A stretch of DNA of 64,000 nucleotides, from contig NC_043005.1 in assembly GCF_006345805.1 (NCBI RefSeq), positions 105,524,001 to 105,588,000 on the forward strand, read 5' to 3'. Made by a program: the position numbers and the translations under genes. Origin of the DNA: Octopus sinensis (taxonomy: Eukaryota). Shown piece by piece: positions 40,251 to 53,358 of this stretch. The first letter of the stretch is position 1. Every line of letters starts with the position of its first letter. The notes beneath the pieces were generated by a model, which was not told the origin of the DNA, did not search any database, and saw only the letters and a list, made by a program, of their open reading frames with translations.

Positions 40251-40779
40251 ATAAATACATGTGTATATATATGTGTGTATATGGGTGTGTATTTGTGTGT
40301 GTGTATATGGGTGTATATTTGTGCGTGTGTGTGTTTATACGTTGTATGTAGGAAGTATTAAAAAATTGGTGCCACATGGTTGTTTATAGTAATGTTATCT
40401 GAAAGTAACAAGTTTTATTACGTTAGATGGATTTTTTAATTTTTTCCCTCCTTGTTTCTGTCCATCCGTCTGTCTGTCTGTCTGTCTGTCTGTCTGTATG
40501 TATGTCTGTCTGTCGCTCTTTCTCTGTCTTTCTCTCTGTTCCTATCTCGCTGATTTCTTTAATCTCGACTCAAAACATTCGCGAACATTCAGTTGAACAC
40601 TCGCATGCATTACATACATATTTTGGTCGACCTATTTAGAATGTTTATTGCGCAATGCCAAAAACAACTATATTTTAGAACTGTATAGAAAAACTGCACG
40701 GAAATGGCATAGATGGGTTTCGGCACTGTCCAGAAAATCTGTTACCGTTATATTATTATAATAATCCTTTCTACAACAG

Positions 40780-40945
40780 GCAATTGTGGGGTGGGAGTAA
40801 GTGAACCTCATCGACTCCAGTACTTGGCTGGTACTTAATTTATCGACCCCGAAAGGATGAAAAGCCAAGTCATTCATCTTCGGCGGAATTAGAATTCAGA
40901 ACGTAAAGACGGACGAAATATCACTAAATATTTTGCCCGACATGG

Positions 40946-40996
<51 letters not shown>

Positions 40997-41198
40997 TTGA
41001 TTTCAAATTTTGGCACAAGGTCAGCAATTGTGGCGGAGGGGCTAAGTCGATTACATCGACCCCAGTGTTCAACTGGTGCTTATTTCATCGACCCCAAAAG
41101 GGTAACAGGCGGACTTTGAACTCAGAACATAAGTAAAGACGAAATACCGTTAAGCAACTTACCTGACGTGCTAATGATTTTGCTATCTCACCGCCTTA
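40780..41198 (-). mobile_element. Two SINE family C copies separated by (AAT)n
   Basis: Reverse-complement cores at 40780-40942 and 40996-41198. Confidence 0.8.
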
Positions 41199-41234
41199 TC
41201 AATTTTAATGATATTAATATTAATAATATTTGTA

Positions 41235-41685
41235 ATAATAAATGCCCTGATGTAATACGAGGCAGTGACCCTCGTGGTTTCTTATCTTAACTGATTGGAA
41301 GTGTTAATATGTGCATGTTATATCTTAGTGTAAAAGATGGGCTACAGCAAATATTCTGCTCAATACTACAGATTTGCTTGTCAGTTGTTTAACCTTAACA
41401 AGTCAATCATGTTTTTTAGCGACTGCTGATATATGCATCTCTGATCACGTGGGATACTTCGGAGTTTGAACAATTCACCTCTGGAAACAGGTGTTTCATT
41501 CATCCTTAAACAACTCTTATTCAGGGTCTTTTTGAGTGGAATGGGGTACGCGACCTGAAAACAATTCTAACTAGGCCTCACCTGCAAGGTCATGCAATGT
41601 TTATCTTGATATGATATCACCATGTCGTGCATATATGGTTGTGATGCATGTGCCTAGTGTATCCTTATCAGACGGGTAGTCATTG
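41235..41685 (+). repeat. Unclassified dispersed repeat family D, truncated at the mariner
   Basis: Homologous to 31145-31590. Confidence 0.75.
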
Positions 41686-41697
41686 CTAGTTGATATA

Positions 41698-42979
41698 CGA
41701 GGGACGTTCAATAAGTAATGCCCCTGACCCATAGCAGTAGAACAACGAAACTTGGCACAGTTATTAGTCTTTTTCTACATAGGAACCACCCAGAGTTACG
41801 CATTCCTCCCATCGTTTGATGCAGCTCTGGAGACCGTTTTTGTAGAAGACCCCAGCTTGGTCCTCCAACCACGACGTGACTTCAGAAATCAAGGCTGCAT
41901 CATCTGGGAAACGCTTTCCTTTCAAAAACAACTTCATGGCTGGGAAGAGGTGAAAATCAGAGGGTGCAAGGTCAGGAGAGTAGGGGGATGGGGGAGGAGT
42001 TCATAGCCGCACACCCGTGCTTCTGATCTGGCGACAAGCGAGTTGTGGACCGGAGCGTTGTCCTGCAGGAGGAGGATGCCTTTGCTGATCTTGCCCCGCC
42101 TCTTGATTTTGATAACTTCTCTTAATTTCCTCAAAAGTGAAGCATAATAGGCCCCTGTAATTGTGGTACCCTTTGCCAGGAAATCTCATCACTACTCCGT
42201 CCTGGTCCCAGAAGACTGTGAGCATGACCTTGCCAGCGGAGGGCTGCACCCTTGCCTTCTTTGGAGGAGGTGAATCACTTTGCTTCCACTGCATTGACTG
42301 GGCTTTGGTCTCTGGATCATAGTGATGGACCCAGGTTTCATCCTGTGTAATCAGTCTTTTGAAAAATTTTGACTCATTTTCTTGGCTCATCTCCAAATTC
42401 ATCCTCGAGCACTAGACGCGTTCTTGCTTCTGGAAAGGTGTGAGCAACCCGGGAATCCATCTGGCAGACACCTTTTGCATATGCAAATGGTCATGAATGA
42501 TAGTTTCCACAGACCCGGTACTAATCTTGACCTCATGGGCTATTTGGCGAATAGTTATGCGTCGATCTTCCAAAATGGCAGCCTCAACTTGACGGACAGA
42601 TGCCTCATCAATGGCAGAAGGGGGCGACCAGATCTGGGAGCTGTTTCCACAGAGTTCCGACCATGTTTGAATTCACGATGCCAGCGTTTTACAAGGTCAT
42701 ATGATGGGGCATCATCACCATAAGTTACTTTCATTTCATCAAAAGTCTCCCTTGGTGTGCGTCCTTTCAAATACAAAAACCGGATCACTGCTCGACACTC
42801 AACAGACTCCATTTCACACTTGATTCAGTTCAAACACCTGTAAATCAGAAACCACAATTAGTTCAGAGCTGTAATTTGCAACCTAATCTGTAGAGATATA
42901 AATATTTGCACATGCAACATTTCAGCTAGATCAAACCACTGTAAGTGTGTCAGGGGCATTACTTATTGAACGTCCCTCG
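41698..42979 (-). mobile_element. Near-full-length mariner (DD34D) with perfect TIRs; transposase pseudogene
   Basis: 31-bp perfect TIRs (CGAGGGACGTTCAATAAGTAATGCCCCTGAC) with TA flanks. Reading frame 42812 to 41764: MESVECRAVIRF.., PRSGRP, ITQDETWVHHYDPE, LLQDNAPVH, SPDLAPSDFHLF. Broken by a stop and frameshifts. Confidence 0.96.
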
Positions 42980-43599
42980 TATATCAACTAGAGTAAGAAT
43001 AGCATCAATAACAACGGCCTCAGCAACAGCATCTGTTGTAGAAAATAAAACTCAGTACAAAATATATGTATAAAGTAATTATACATTAGTATGTTGTCCA
43101 GCATATGTACGTGTTGTACTACGGTTTAGTTTTCATTATTTGCTTTATCTTAAATTTTTGTTTGTTTGTTTGCTGCTTATGCTGATGCCGACATAAAATG
43201 TATGTTGATGTGTGTGTGTGTGTGTATGTGTGCGCAGTTTGCATGTTCAATGAGTGTGTTTGCGTGTGTTTTAGTTTGCATTTTGTATGTACGTAACTTG
43301 TATGTAATATCGGTGTGACAGTGTGTGTAGTTTGTATGTTGTATATATGCAGATCGTATGTTGTATCAGAGCGAGTGGCTTGTGGTTATGCGTGTGAAGT
43401 AATTGAGTTTTGTTGCATTTAATCGTATATTATCTCCATTTTTGTATTGCTGTAGTGATAGATTAGCGTTGGTGTAGTGGCGTTGTTTTTGTTGTTGACG
43501 ATCTTTGTGGTGTCATAATCTGTTCTCAGGGTTCATACTACCTCTGTAAGCTGCCTACTCTCGGATCTTTTATATGTGCAAAAAAAAGAATTTATATTT

Positions 43600-43990
43600 C
43601 AAGGGAAGGAAGCACTCCGTCGGTTACGACGATGAGGGTTCCGGTTGATCCGAATCAACGGAACAGCCTGCTCGTGAAATTAACGTGTAAGCGACTGAGC
43701 ACTCCACAGACACGTGTACCCTTAACGTAGTTCTCGGGGATATTCAGCGTGACACAGAGAGTGACAAGGCCGGCCCTTTGAAATACAGGTACAACAGAAA
43801 CAGGAAGTAAGAGTGAGAGAAAGTTGTGGTGAAAGAGTACAGCAGGGTTCACCACCATCCCCTGCCGGAGCCTCGTGGAGCTTTATGTGTTTTCTCTCAA
43901 TAAACACTCACAACGCCCGGTCTGAGAATCGAAACCGCGATCCTATGACCGCGAGTCCGCTGCCCTAACCACTGGGCCATTGCGCCTCCA
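43600..43990 (-). mobile_element. SINE family B, full length
   Basis: Minus strand begins TGGAGGCGCAATGGCCCAGTGGTTAGGGCAGCGGACTCGCGGTCATAGGATCGCGGTTTCGATTCTCAG (tRNA-Arg-like, TCG) and ends CGTCGTAACCGACGGAGTGCTTC. Confidence 0.9.
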
Positions 43991-44858
43991 CCTTTATATT
44001 TCAACATAGTTTATTTATCCGTTGAGTTTTTGTACCTTAAGTTGATAAATTTGGGTGTTTATTTCTATCCTTTCACGTATAGTGCAGGTCGTTTCTTCTA
44101 TGGAGTTTGTGATGTTCTCCCTATAATGCATCTTATATGATATACAATGATCTTAGTGTTCAAAAACATCTACGGACTGGTTGTACACACCCTGCGGTTG
44201 TTGCCAGTACAAAGGTTTTTTGTGAATATCTATGATTTAAATAAGAGTGACAAGATGGATCTGTCTGTCTTTTTTTTGTATTACTCTGATTCTAAGTTTC
44301 ATTTCGTGTAATATTTCCCTAGCTCACCTTCAAGTGACGTATATAACACCTTGGAATTTTTTCTTCTCATATCATTTCAACCCACTTCAAATTTGTTCCG
44401 ATTTGTACTAGATTTGTTGAAGATGTGTTTGATGTTAAAATCTGATTCAGGGTGTTACTGATAGTGCGTATGTGTGTATGTGTGTGCATACACACTCACA
44501 CACATCGATTCTTTTAGGTAACGAATTCCATTCGACTCTGTGACATCTTGATATCTTGAGCAAGTGTTTTTACCAATGCCTCTGTTCGACCCAATCCTTG
44601 TGAGTGAAATTTGGGAAACGAAATTTGTTTAGAAGCCTATCGAATAGACTACGTGCAGTTCGAAGTTATAGCCTCGGCGGCACACTTCTGTCACACTGAT
44701 TTAGCATAAGAGTTACATTAAAAGTACAAGTGTCAGTGGAGTACCCGATCACTTTGCTCACCTACGTCAGTGTGTAGCTCACCGTACTTGATAAAACAAC
44801 TTTCAAATACAGAAAAAGGCCAGAGTTCCCATCATACATACATACATATAAACAAACA

Positions 44859-44903
<45 letters not shown>

Positions 44904-45992
44904 GGATAGATTGATAGACAAAGAGAAAGATTGAGTGAGTGAGAGATAGAAAGCTTTTTACTGTTATGTATCAACTACGTATTTTATCCATTTCATAGAA
45001 CGGGATGCAAAACTGATTCGAGCAGAGTTTTACGAAATTATATACTGTAATGAATAAAAACAACAAAATAGTTTTATTACGCATCAATGATATAAATACT
45101 ACAGGGGACTTATTTTATTGACATCATAGGGGATATGTTCAAACTGTCCTTTTCAAATTCGAACCCAGAACGTCGAGGAAGTGAAGTAGATAATAGTATA
45201 ACAATCCACAGTTGCTGTTTATTCCAATCTCTTTATGGTGACTTAAAAACTAAGCAAACGGCTAGATTCTATTGACCTAGTGCATGACCGCACTTTATTT
45301 GATTTACTCCGGAAGGATGAAAAACTAGGAATACTTCGACTGGATTTGAACTAAGAATATAAAGGGTCCTAACCACGATGACAGCAGCCGTAAAAGTAAT
45401 GGTAATGATAGTGGTGGTGGTAGATGAACGTATTAGGTTCCCAAACACTGTGTCTTAGATTTTCAAAACTTCAATTTTAGCTTTTAGAAAATTCAAACAT
45501 TTGTTTGAAGGTCTTGAGAAAACATGTTACAGAATATTGTTATCTACAAGTGTTTTAAATGAAAACAACGTAAACCATAGTTTTCTCTATTTGTTCCAAA
45601 ATTTTAAACATTCGAACAGTTTTTCTTTAAACTTTTCGTGGGAAGTGTTCCGATGCTTTGTTATTAGATATCCCGAGGACGACGAAATAACAAAAATTGA
45701 GAAACCATAGATTGAAAGTTGATGAAAGTCTCAATTACATAAGTGTTTGAATGTTGCAATACATTTATACGATTTTATAGGAACTTCTTTAGATTAAAAG
45801 ATACACTGGAAAGATACGCAGAAAGATTGAAGTGAACGTAGATGATAAATCCAACCAACACTACCGGTAAGGACCTCTTTTTAAAAATTACTGTTGTTGT
45901 TTAATCCTGTGTAAACTGATTATGTTACAAAGACACTGAAACTAGTTACAGTGATAACTGGGTGAGACAGTGATTTCATAGATTTCGTTTCA

Positions 45993-46995
45993 TCAGGCTG
46001 AGTAAAAAGGAAGCAAACTTTTGGAACATGAAATTCATTACAATATATTTCAACAATGCGGCAATTTTATTCATCGAAGTACCATTACAATTAACACATT
46101 TCTGCCAAGTTTGTTTATTCCGGTAACATAAAATTCTGGAATTCTGGAGGAGATGAACTCTTTGAACACACTTTCAGCATCGGTCTGATTTTTGAACTCC
46201 TTCTCTCGCAGGAAAATATCAAGGTGCTTGAAAAAGTGGTAGTCGGTAGAAGAGAGATCTGGGGAATAAGCTGAGTAGGGAAGGACTTCGTAGCCAACTT
46301 CCCTCAACTTCTGGAGCATCATTAATGAAGCGTGTGGTCAAGCATTGTCATGAAGAATGACTGGCCCTCTTCTGTTGACCAGTCCGGGACGGAGGTGTCA
46401 CAATTTTTCGGTCATTTTGGCAATTTCATGGCATTATGCTGCTGCAGTAATGGTTTTTCCGGGTTTTAAGAAGTTATAGTGGATAAGTCCAGCAGTACAC
46501 CACCAAACAGTCACTATAATATTCTTTTTGAAGAGCTTGGGTTTAGGGAAGGTTTTCGGTGCTTCATTTTGGTCCACCTACTTCGAAGAACGTTTTTTTT
46601 TTTATTGTACAGAATCCACTTTTCATCGCAAGTTACAATACGCCCGAGAAATGGATTGGTCTGGTTACGGAGAAGAAGTGACAAGCAAATTTCATATCTG
46701 CGCATTTTCTGATTTTCATTCAAGTCGCGTGGTACCCATTTGTCGAGCTTTTTTGATTTTCCGGTCACATGCAAATGGTTGCAGGAAGTTTTCTGGCTAA
46801 ATCGAAGTTCTTTTGCCAGTTCTTGGGTGGGTTTACGTGGATCTTTCTCAATGGTGGTATTTAAGTGACCGTCATCAATGACAGATGGGCGTCCACTACG
46901 CTCACGATCTTCAAGGCTCAGCAATACACTCCGAAATCGTTTAAACCATTTTCGAGCTGACCACTCACTGGTCATTTCGGAGAAAAAGAATACGG
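45993..46995 (-). mobile_element. Decayed mariner (Hsmar1/cecropia-like, DD34D), 5' truncated
   Basis: Reads WFKRFR..LEDRERSGRP, KWVPRDL, RIVTCDEKWILY, ILHDNA and YSPDLSSTDYHFF. TIR-like TCAGGCTGAGTAAAAAGG near 45993. Confidence 0.92.
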
Positions 46996-47289
46996 TGGTT
47001 CATCAGTAGAAACTCTGATGAAACTCTTGAAAATAGGACGATAATGATTATTGTTTCTAACGTAGACAGAATCGACTTCCGGAAGGACGAAAGGCAAGGT
47101 TAATCCAGGTAGGGTTTAAACTCAGAATGTAATAAGCTGTAACTAAATACCGCAAGACAATAGAATGCGGGGCTGCATAAAGGAGCGAGTAAAAAAGCAC
47201 AACACTATAATAATTCCAACAATTATATAATTCCTCAGAAGAGGGAAGACTCCTTAGGGCTGCTAGTGGAAACCCCACAAACTAGGGCC

Positions 47290-48330
47290 GCCCTGATAAC
47301 AAGGATAAGTACCTTCTCCTCGTCGTCTTCTTTCAGTCTAGAGGTGCATGCTTAGAGCAGACCCGTTTACTCGGACCATCCTTGCTACATTTAACAGATT
47401 TGCTTGAAGGCAGTTCTTTCCTCTATACCTTCATCTTTTCAAATGAAACTTGCAAAAGCTGATGAAAGGTTGGCCAAAGAAGGAAGTGTTTGTTTTCAGC
47501 CCTTTCTAGCTGGTCCACCACACGACCTCTTTCACCAAGGCCACTAGATTGATAAACACTGCCTGTGCTTTTCCAGGCCAAAGGCAGGCAGTGGGACGAT
47601 CTTCATAATGGACTCAACCGATAGGCAGATCCGTCCTACACGTGGCAGCAGGTGTTCGACATAAACTTACAAGTCAGCAATGCTCGGGAACTGGACGAGA
47701 TCTTGCCAGACAATTTCGTCGCTTTTTATGCATCTCAAGCAGGCTCGACTGACAGCATTTCTATGCTTGTCGAATTTATTTGGAACAATGTGACCCGGTA
47801 GCATTGTTTGGCAAGGTATTTCTGGAAATTATCCAAGCGTCCCAGCCCAAAAGTCATCCGGAACAGAACAACCAGTTGACTATCGTCGATGCCCAGTCCC
47901 GCTGAGAACGTCATCGCTCTTGCCAGCCACTAAACCTCTTTAAAACACCAGAGAGGAATCTCTACCAACAGCGCTACCCGACTGACTGAGAACTGTGGGC
48001 GCTTGTCGACATTTTAGGTGCCATATACTCTGCTTCGGTCTACAGTTAATCAATGACTGATTCTCAATCAGAGACGAGCGGTGGAAAATCTTATTTCACA
48101 AACGGTGACAACACACCTGCTCACAGTGGAGGAAACGCTGGAGATGTTATAGTCTCAGCATACATCTACGTGTCAGCAGCCACTGCATGCCTACCCCTCC
48201 ATTCAGTGGGTGTTGACAACAAATGGAGCGCCTAACCAGTGGAACTCGTATGTCTAACCGTAACCTCGGTGTTTTCTTTCCCAATATATTGCAGCACGCG
48301 TGTTTGCAGCCCGTATTGTTCTCAGCCTTG
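47290..48330 (-). mobile_element. Heavily decayed RTE (BovB-like) LINE, RT to C-terminal zinc-finger region
   Basis: Minus-strand remnants resembling YAD, LGS..S..SSL, CLRCI and CCHV (GHV position), plus a terminal C..C-type segment, in the expected order. Confidence 0.5.
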
Positions 48331-48970
48331 AAACCAGAACACTCCATCACTTGCTCTGTCCTACGTTGCCTTTCACACGTTGCCAGATCTTTCTCCAACT
48401 CCTATTTTAGGAGCATTTAGAAGACCTCTCCATTCAAAAAACCCACAAATATATCTTATCTCACTTAGTAAATTGTTCAAATCAAAAGAGGAACTAGCTT
48501 TTGTACCATATCGTTTGTATGACTTACCCTTTGCTTAGTTTCGACTCATGTCTAATATTTCTTCTTGGTTTGTCACAACTGGAAAACACTAAAGAGCTCC
48601 TGCCGTTGGTGGTACTTTTCTTATTGCCATTTGAGTCTATGTTTTTGACACTTATCTTTTTGTGCTTGTCCTGTTCAAACTGCCTGAATTTATAACTATA
48701 GTCTGTTTATTTAAGCTGCTGTCACATCTGTGAAACTTTCAGTAGACCATATTTGTTGAGTATAATTAAGAAAGGACTAATCACAACCCTTTCTACAATA
48801 GGCGCAAAGCCTGAATTTTATTTTGGTGGTGTTGTTGTTGTTGTTGGGTGATAGTTGATTACATTGACTTCAGTATTAAATTGGTGCATATTTTATTGTT
48901 CACATGAGAATGAAAGAAAAGTTGACCAAAGTGGGATTTGAACTCAGTAATAATAATAATGATAATTTTT

Positions 48971-49355
48971 TATTTCTTTATTGACTATAAGGGGCCAAAC
49001 ATAGAGGGGACAAACAAAGACAGACAAAGGGATTAAATCGGTTATATCGACCCCAGTGCATAACTGGTACTTATTTAATCGACCTCGAAAGGATGAAAGG
49101 CAAAGTCGACCTCGGTGGAACTTGAACTCAGAACGCAGCGGCAGATGAAATACCTATTTCTTTATTACCCACAAGGGGCTAAACATAGAGGGGACAAACA
49201 AGGACAGACATAGGTATTAAGTCGATTATATCGACCCCCAGTGCGTAACTGATACTTATTTAATCGACCCGAAAGGATGAAAGGCAAAGTCGACCTCGGC
49301 GGAATTTGAACTCACAACGTAACGACAGACGAAATACCGCTAAGTATTTCGCCCG

Positions 49356-49356
<1 letters not shown>
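48971..49356 (-). mobile_element. SINE family C dimer in an (AAT)n tract
   Basis: Two units with the junction AAAGAAATA|GGTATTTC at 49154/49155; flanked by (AAT)n on both sides. Confidence 0.9.
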
Positions 49357-49408
<52 letters not shown>

Positions 49409-50860
49409 GCAATAACAACAACAACATCAGCAAGGATGTGATGGTAATAACAAGAGCAATGATAAGGATGCTTTCATTTACTTGTTTAATGATAGTTTCT
49501 TTGAAAATAATGTCTAAAGTAGTCAGAGGACGATGCATTGATGGTGGCAGGGTGGAGTGTAGTTGATTACATATTGACGCCGAGGGTGGCAGAACTCAGA
49601 ATTGAATGAAAATGTAAGAGAATGCATTTTGTTGCTCGTTCAACCCCTCTGCCAGTACCTCCCACCCTAATGATTATTATTGTAAACATATTCACAGAAC
49701 AAACAAACACATAAATAAATAAAGAATACCAAATTCCGTAACTCTAACAATTAGTTCTTCTGTAGTTGAAGAAAATTTATCATTGCCTTTCATGTTTTAT
49801 TTTTCACTTTTGTTTGTGTTTTATTGTTTTGGATTATTTTTTTTTTGTGGTGTGTGTGTCATCCCCCCCCTCTCTGCCTTTTTGTCTCAACAACGTCTGA
49901 GAATAGAACAAAACAGTCAAAATGTGTAAATAATTACTTGAAGCGATGCTTTCAGTGAAATTCTACAAAGCTATTCTCTATTCAATAACTGTTTCTATTC
50001 CCTTCACTAACCAAACACACATTCTCCTCTCTTTCTCGTCTTTCGTTTCTCCTTCTTCAACGTTCGCTCGGCTTTTTCCAGCGTTCTGCTAGATTGTTGC
50101 TTTCGATTACATTTTGTTTGTTTTTGTTGTTTAACGAAAATACCAGAGTAAATTTATTTGAAGTGAAGTTGTTCGACTAAACTGACTAAACGCTACTAAA
50201 GCCTTTCTTTTGTGTGCCTCAGCAAGGCGCATAACTCTGCCACTCTCAGTTTGCCTGACTGACTGCAGGTTCCACATCTGCTTCATGGTTGAGTGATTTG
50301 CGATAGAAATGGCACCTAGCTGTAAATAAAAAAAACAACAACGGTTGCTGCAACAATCTGCAAGTATCTAAGTTTGCTAAAAATAAAATTCAGTTTCTGT
50401 AAGTTGTTAACAAGGTAAAAAAAACAAAAACAAAAAAAAGCAAAACAGCTGTAAAATAATAAACTGGGGGGGGGGGAGAGAAAGAAAGTAAACCGGAAAC
50501 AGTAAAATTAAACCCTAAAGGGCAGAGAATATTCCCACACCTCATCGTAAACTATGAAGCAAAGTTATCAATGTGATAACATTTCTCATGCCTTTACGAC
50601 ACTCGCTCACGTCTATATATAACACTTAAAATACAGATGAAAATGTTGTGCAGTAGTACTCGGGGTAGCTAAACACTCGTCTCTTCGTATCATAATAAAT
50701 GTTAATGTTTCAGAAATTGAACTTGCGGTCAGTAGTTCGGCAAAACTATCATTTATATATCTTTTATATATGAATGTGACTGTTCATGAATGTGTTTGTA
50801 TGTTTGCACACATACAAACACACTATTATACATTTATATTATAATATATTTATATGCAGA

Positions 50861-51066
50861 AGGCGGCGAGCTGGCAGAACCGGGCGAAATGCGTAGCCGC
50901 ATTTCGTCTGTCGCTACGTTCTGAGTTCAAATTCCGCCGAGGTCGACTTTGCCTTTCATCTTTTCAGAGTCGATGAATTAAGTACCAATTGCGTACTGAG
51001 GTCGATCTAATCAACTGGCCCCTCTCCACAAACAATTTCGGGCCTTGTGCCTAGAGTAGAAAAGAA
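50861..51066 (+). mobile_element. SINE family C
   Basis: AGGCGGCGAGCTGGCAGAA head, core, and GGCCTTGTGCCTAGAGTAGAAAAGAA tail. Confidence 0.9.
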
Positions 51067-52205
51067 TATATGTATATGTATTTGTGCGCATACAACGCAA
51101 GTGTAGATCTGAATAAGTCGATATTAAGGTTTTTAGTCAAAGACTATTGCGGCTGAGACAAAGTCTAAAATTAAATTCTCACAGTCAATATTCTAATCCT
51201 TTAACTTCCCCGCTCTGTTCTTTCATTTGGTCAATCTATTGCTTCTACTCTTTAGTATTCTCTCCGTTGTTTCTCCTCAATGGCTGGAGTTACGATGTCG
51301 GGGATGTATGAAGACGCACACACAGGCACATACATACAAGCACATATAAGCTGATAATATGGCTTTGATCGGAAGTAAAAGCCTTGTCTTTTACTCTCAT
51401 TCATTACAGAGATTTTGTGGCTTTCCCCATAACCAGATAAAGAAAGGACAACTGAGCATTTGGATGACAGGTTGAGTTGTTCTCAACCCGGGAGAAACCT
51501 TTCAACATAATTCCTCAACGATGTCACAGACGACGTTCTTTGAACATCCCAGACAATGTCCGGCTTGTGGCACTACGGTGTCTAATTGTCTATCACCAGC
51601 CGTCATAAACCCAAACTTGTTGGAACGGGTTCTGTCAGTATATGGACTTTCTAATCAAAAGAATTCACATCTCCCCTAAGTCTATATAAAACCGTATCGT
51701 GTTTGTCGCTATTACGACAGCTGTTGTGTGTGTATTGTGTGTGTGTGTGTGTACATATATATCTGTGAGTCTACGTGCCTGTGAGTCTATGTGTGTGTAT
51801 GTGTCTGTCTGTTTGTCTGTCTCTTTCTCTCTCTCTCTCTATATATATATATATACACGCGCACACACACACACACACACATGCATACATATATTTTATC
51901 ATTTCAATATTTCCCACAATCATATTTTTCTTTTAATATTTCCATTAATATATTTTTTTTCAAAGAAATCAATATTAAAATGTAAGAAATCAATACTTTT
52001 ATTATCATTTCCTTTCCTATTCTCTTTAGGAAAACATTTATTTTTATAACAACACATTTATGATATTTTTTTCTTTTCAATTCCTCGATTTTGTTTTTCT
52101 AGTTTTCAATCTCTTTGCATGATTTTGGCAATTTTAATTCTAAAAGTCTTGCGATATTGATCTCAATAAAAAAAATATATTTCCTTCCTTCCCACCTATT
52201 CCCCT

Positions 52206-52243
<38 letters not shown>

Positions 52244-52599
52244 TCTCTCATATTTACTCCTCTCTATTCCCCGTCTATTTGTCTTAGTCTCTCCTTCTCT
52301 CTCGTTTATTGCTCCTTTTTTTCTTTCTTCTTTAGTCTGTCGTTCTGATATCATTTCCAGTTCATTCATTTCCATCTTCCACTCATTCCCCTCACACTCC
52401 ATCCCACTTTTATTCAATCTTTTTCTCATATCTTGTTTCCTGAAGTCTGACTGCTCCCTCATCTGCCCCCTTCGTTAGCCTGACTCTCTCCGTGAGCCAT
52501 TTCATGGAGCCTCTGAGTCGTCGCATGGCTCAGAACTATTTCTAAGCCAAATGTCCCTCAAATCATTGCTTACCGTCTAAAATAAAAAGAAAGGGATAT

Positions 52600-52976
52600 C
52601 TCTTTTACTCTTTTACTTGTTTCAGTCATATGACTGTGGCCATGCTGGAGCACTGCTTTTAGTCGAGCAAATCGACGCCAGGAGTTATTCTTTGTAAAAC
52701 CTAGTACTTATTCTATCGGTCTCTTTTGCCGAACCGCTAAGTGACGGGGACGTAAACACACCAGCATCGGTTGTCAAGCGATGTTGGGAGGACAGACACA
52801 CAAACACACACACACATATATACGACGGGCTTCTTTTCAGTTTCCGTCTACCAAATCCACTCACAAGGCTTTGGTCGACCCGAGGCTGTAGTAGAAGACA
52901 CTTGCCCAAGGTGCCACGCATTGGGATTGAATCCAGAACCATGTGGTTGGTAAGCAAGCTACTTACCACACAGCCA
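52600..52976 (-). mobile_element. SINE family A
   Basis: Reverse complement of 1151-1590. Confidence 0.9.
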
Positions 52977-53128
52977 GAAATAAGATAATTTTAGATATCC
53001 CTAAAAAGACGAGGCTATCACGGCTGAAATATTTCTAACCATAGGATTGACTGGAAGCTAAACAACAATTACAAGAAAAGAAAGGAAAAACAACAACTTC
53101 TTTCACTATACTCTTACAACGCCTTATA

Positions 53129-53358
53129 TATTTCTTTACTACGCACAAGGGGCTAAACACAGAGAGGACAAACAAGGACAGACAAACGGATTAAGTCGAT
53201 GATATCGACCCCAGTATGTAACTGGTACTTATTTAATCGACCCCGAAAGGATGAAAAGCAAAGTCGACCTCGGCGGAATTTGAACTCAGAACGTAGCGGC
53301 AGACGAAATACGGTTACGCATTTCGCCCGGCGTGCTAACGTTTCTGCCAGCTCGCCTT
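53129..53358 (-). mobile_element. SINE family C, young monomer
   Basis: Full head to the GTAGTAAAGAAATA tail on the minus strand. Confidence 0.9.

Noticed and set aside
45660-45692. CCGAGGA-CGAC-GAAATAAC hammerhead-like motif
   Set aside because: Core variant, no stem II, and the stem III register requires an indel.
51540-51680. Short ORF with CPACG (zinc-finger-like)
   Set aside because: Only one CxxC and about 50 codons; the opposite strand weakly resembles a LINE C-terminus.
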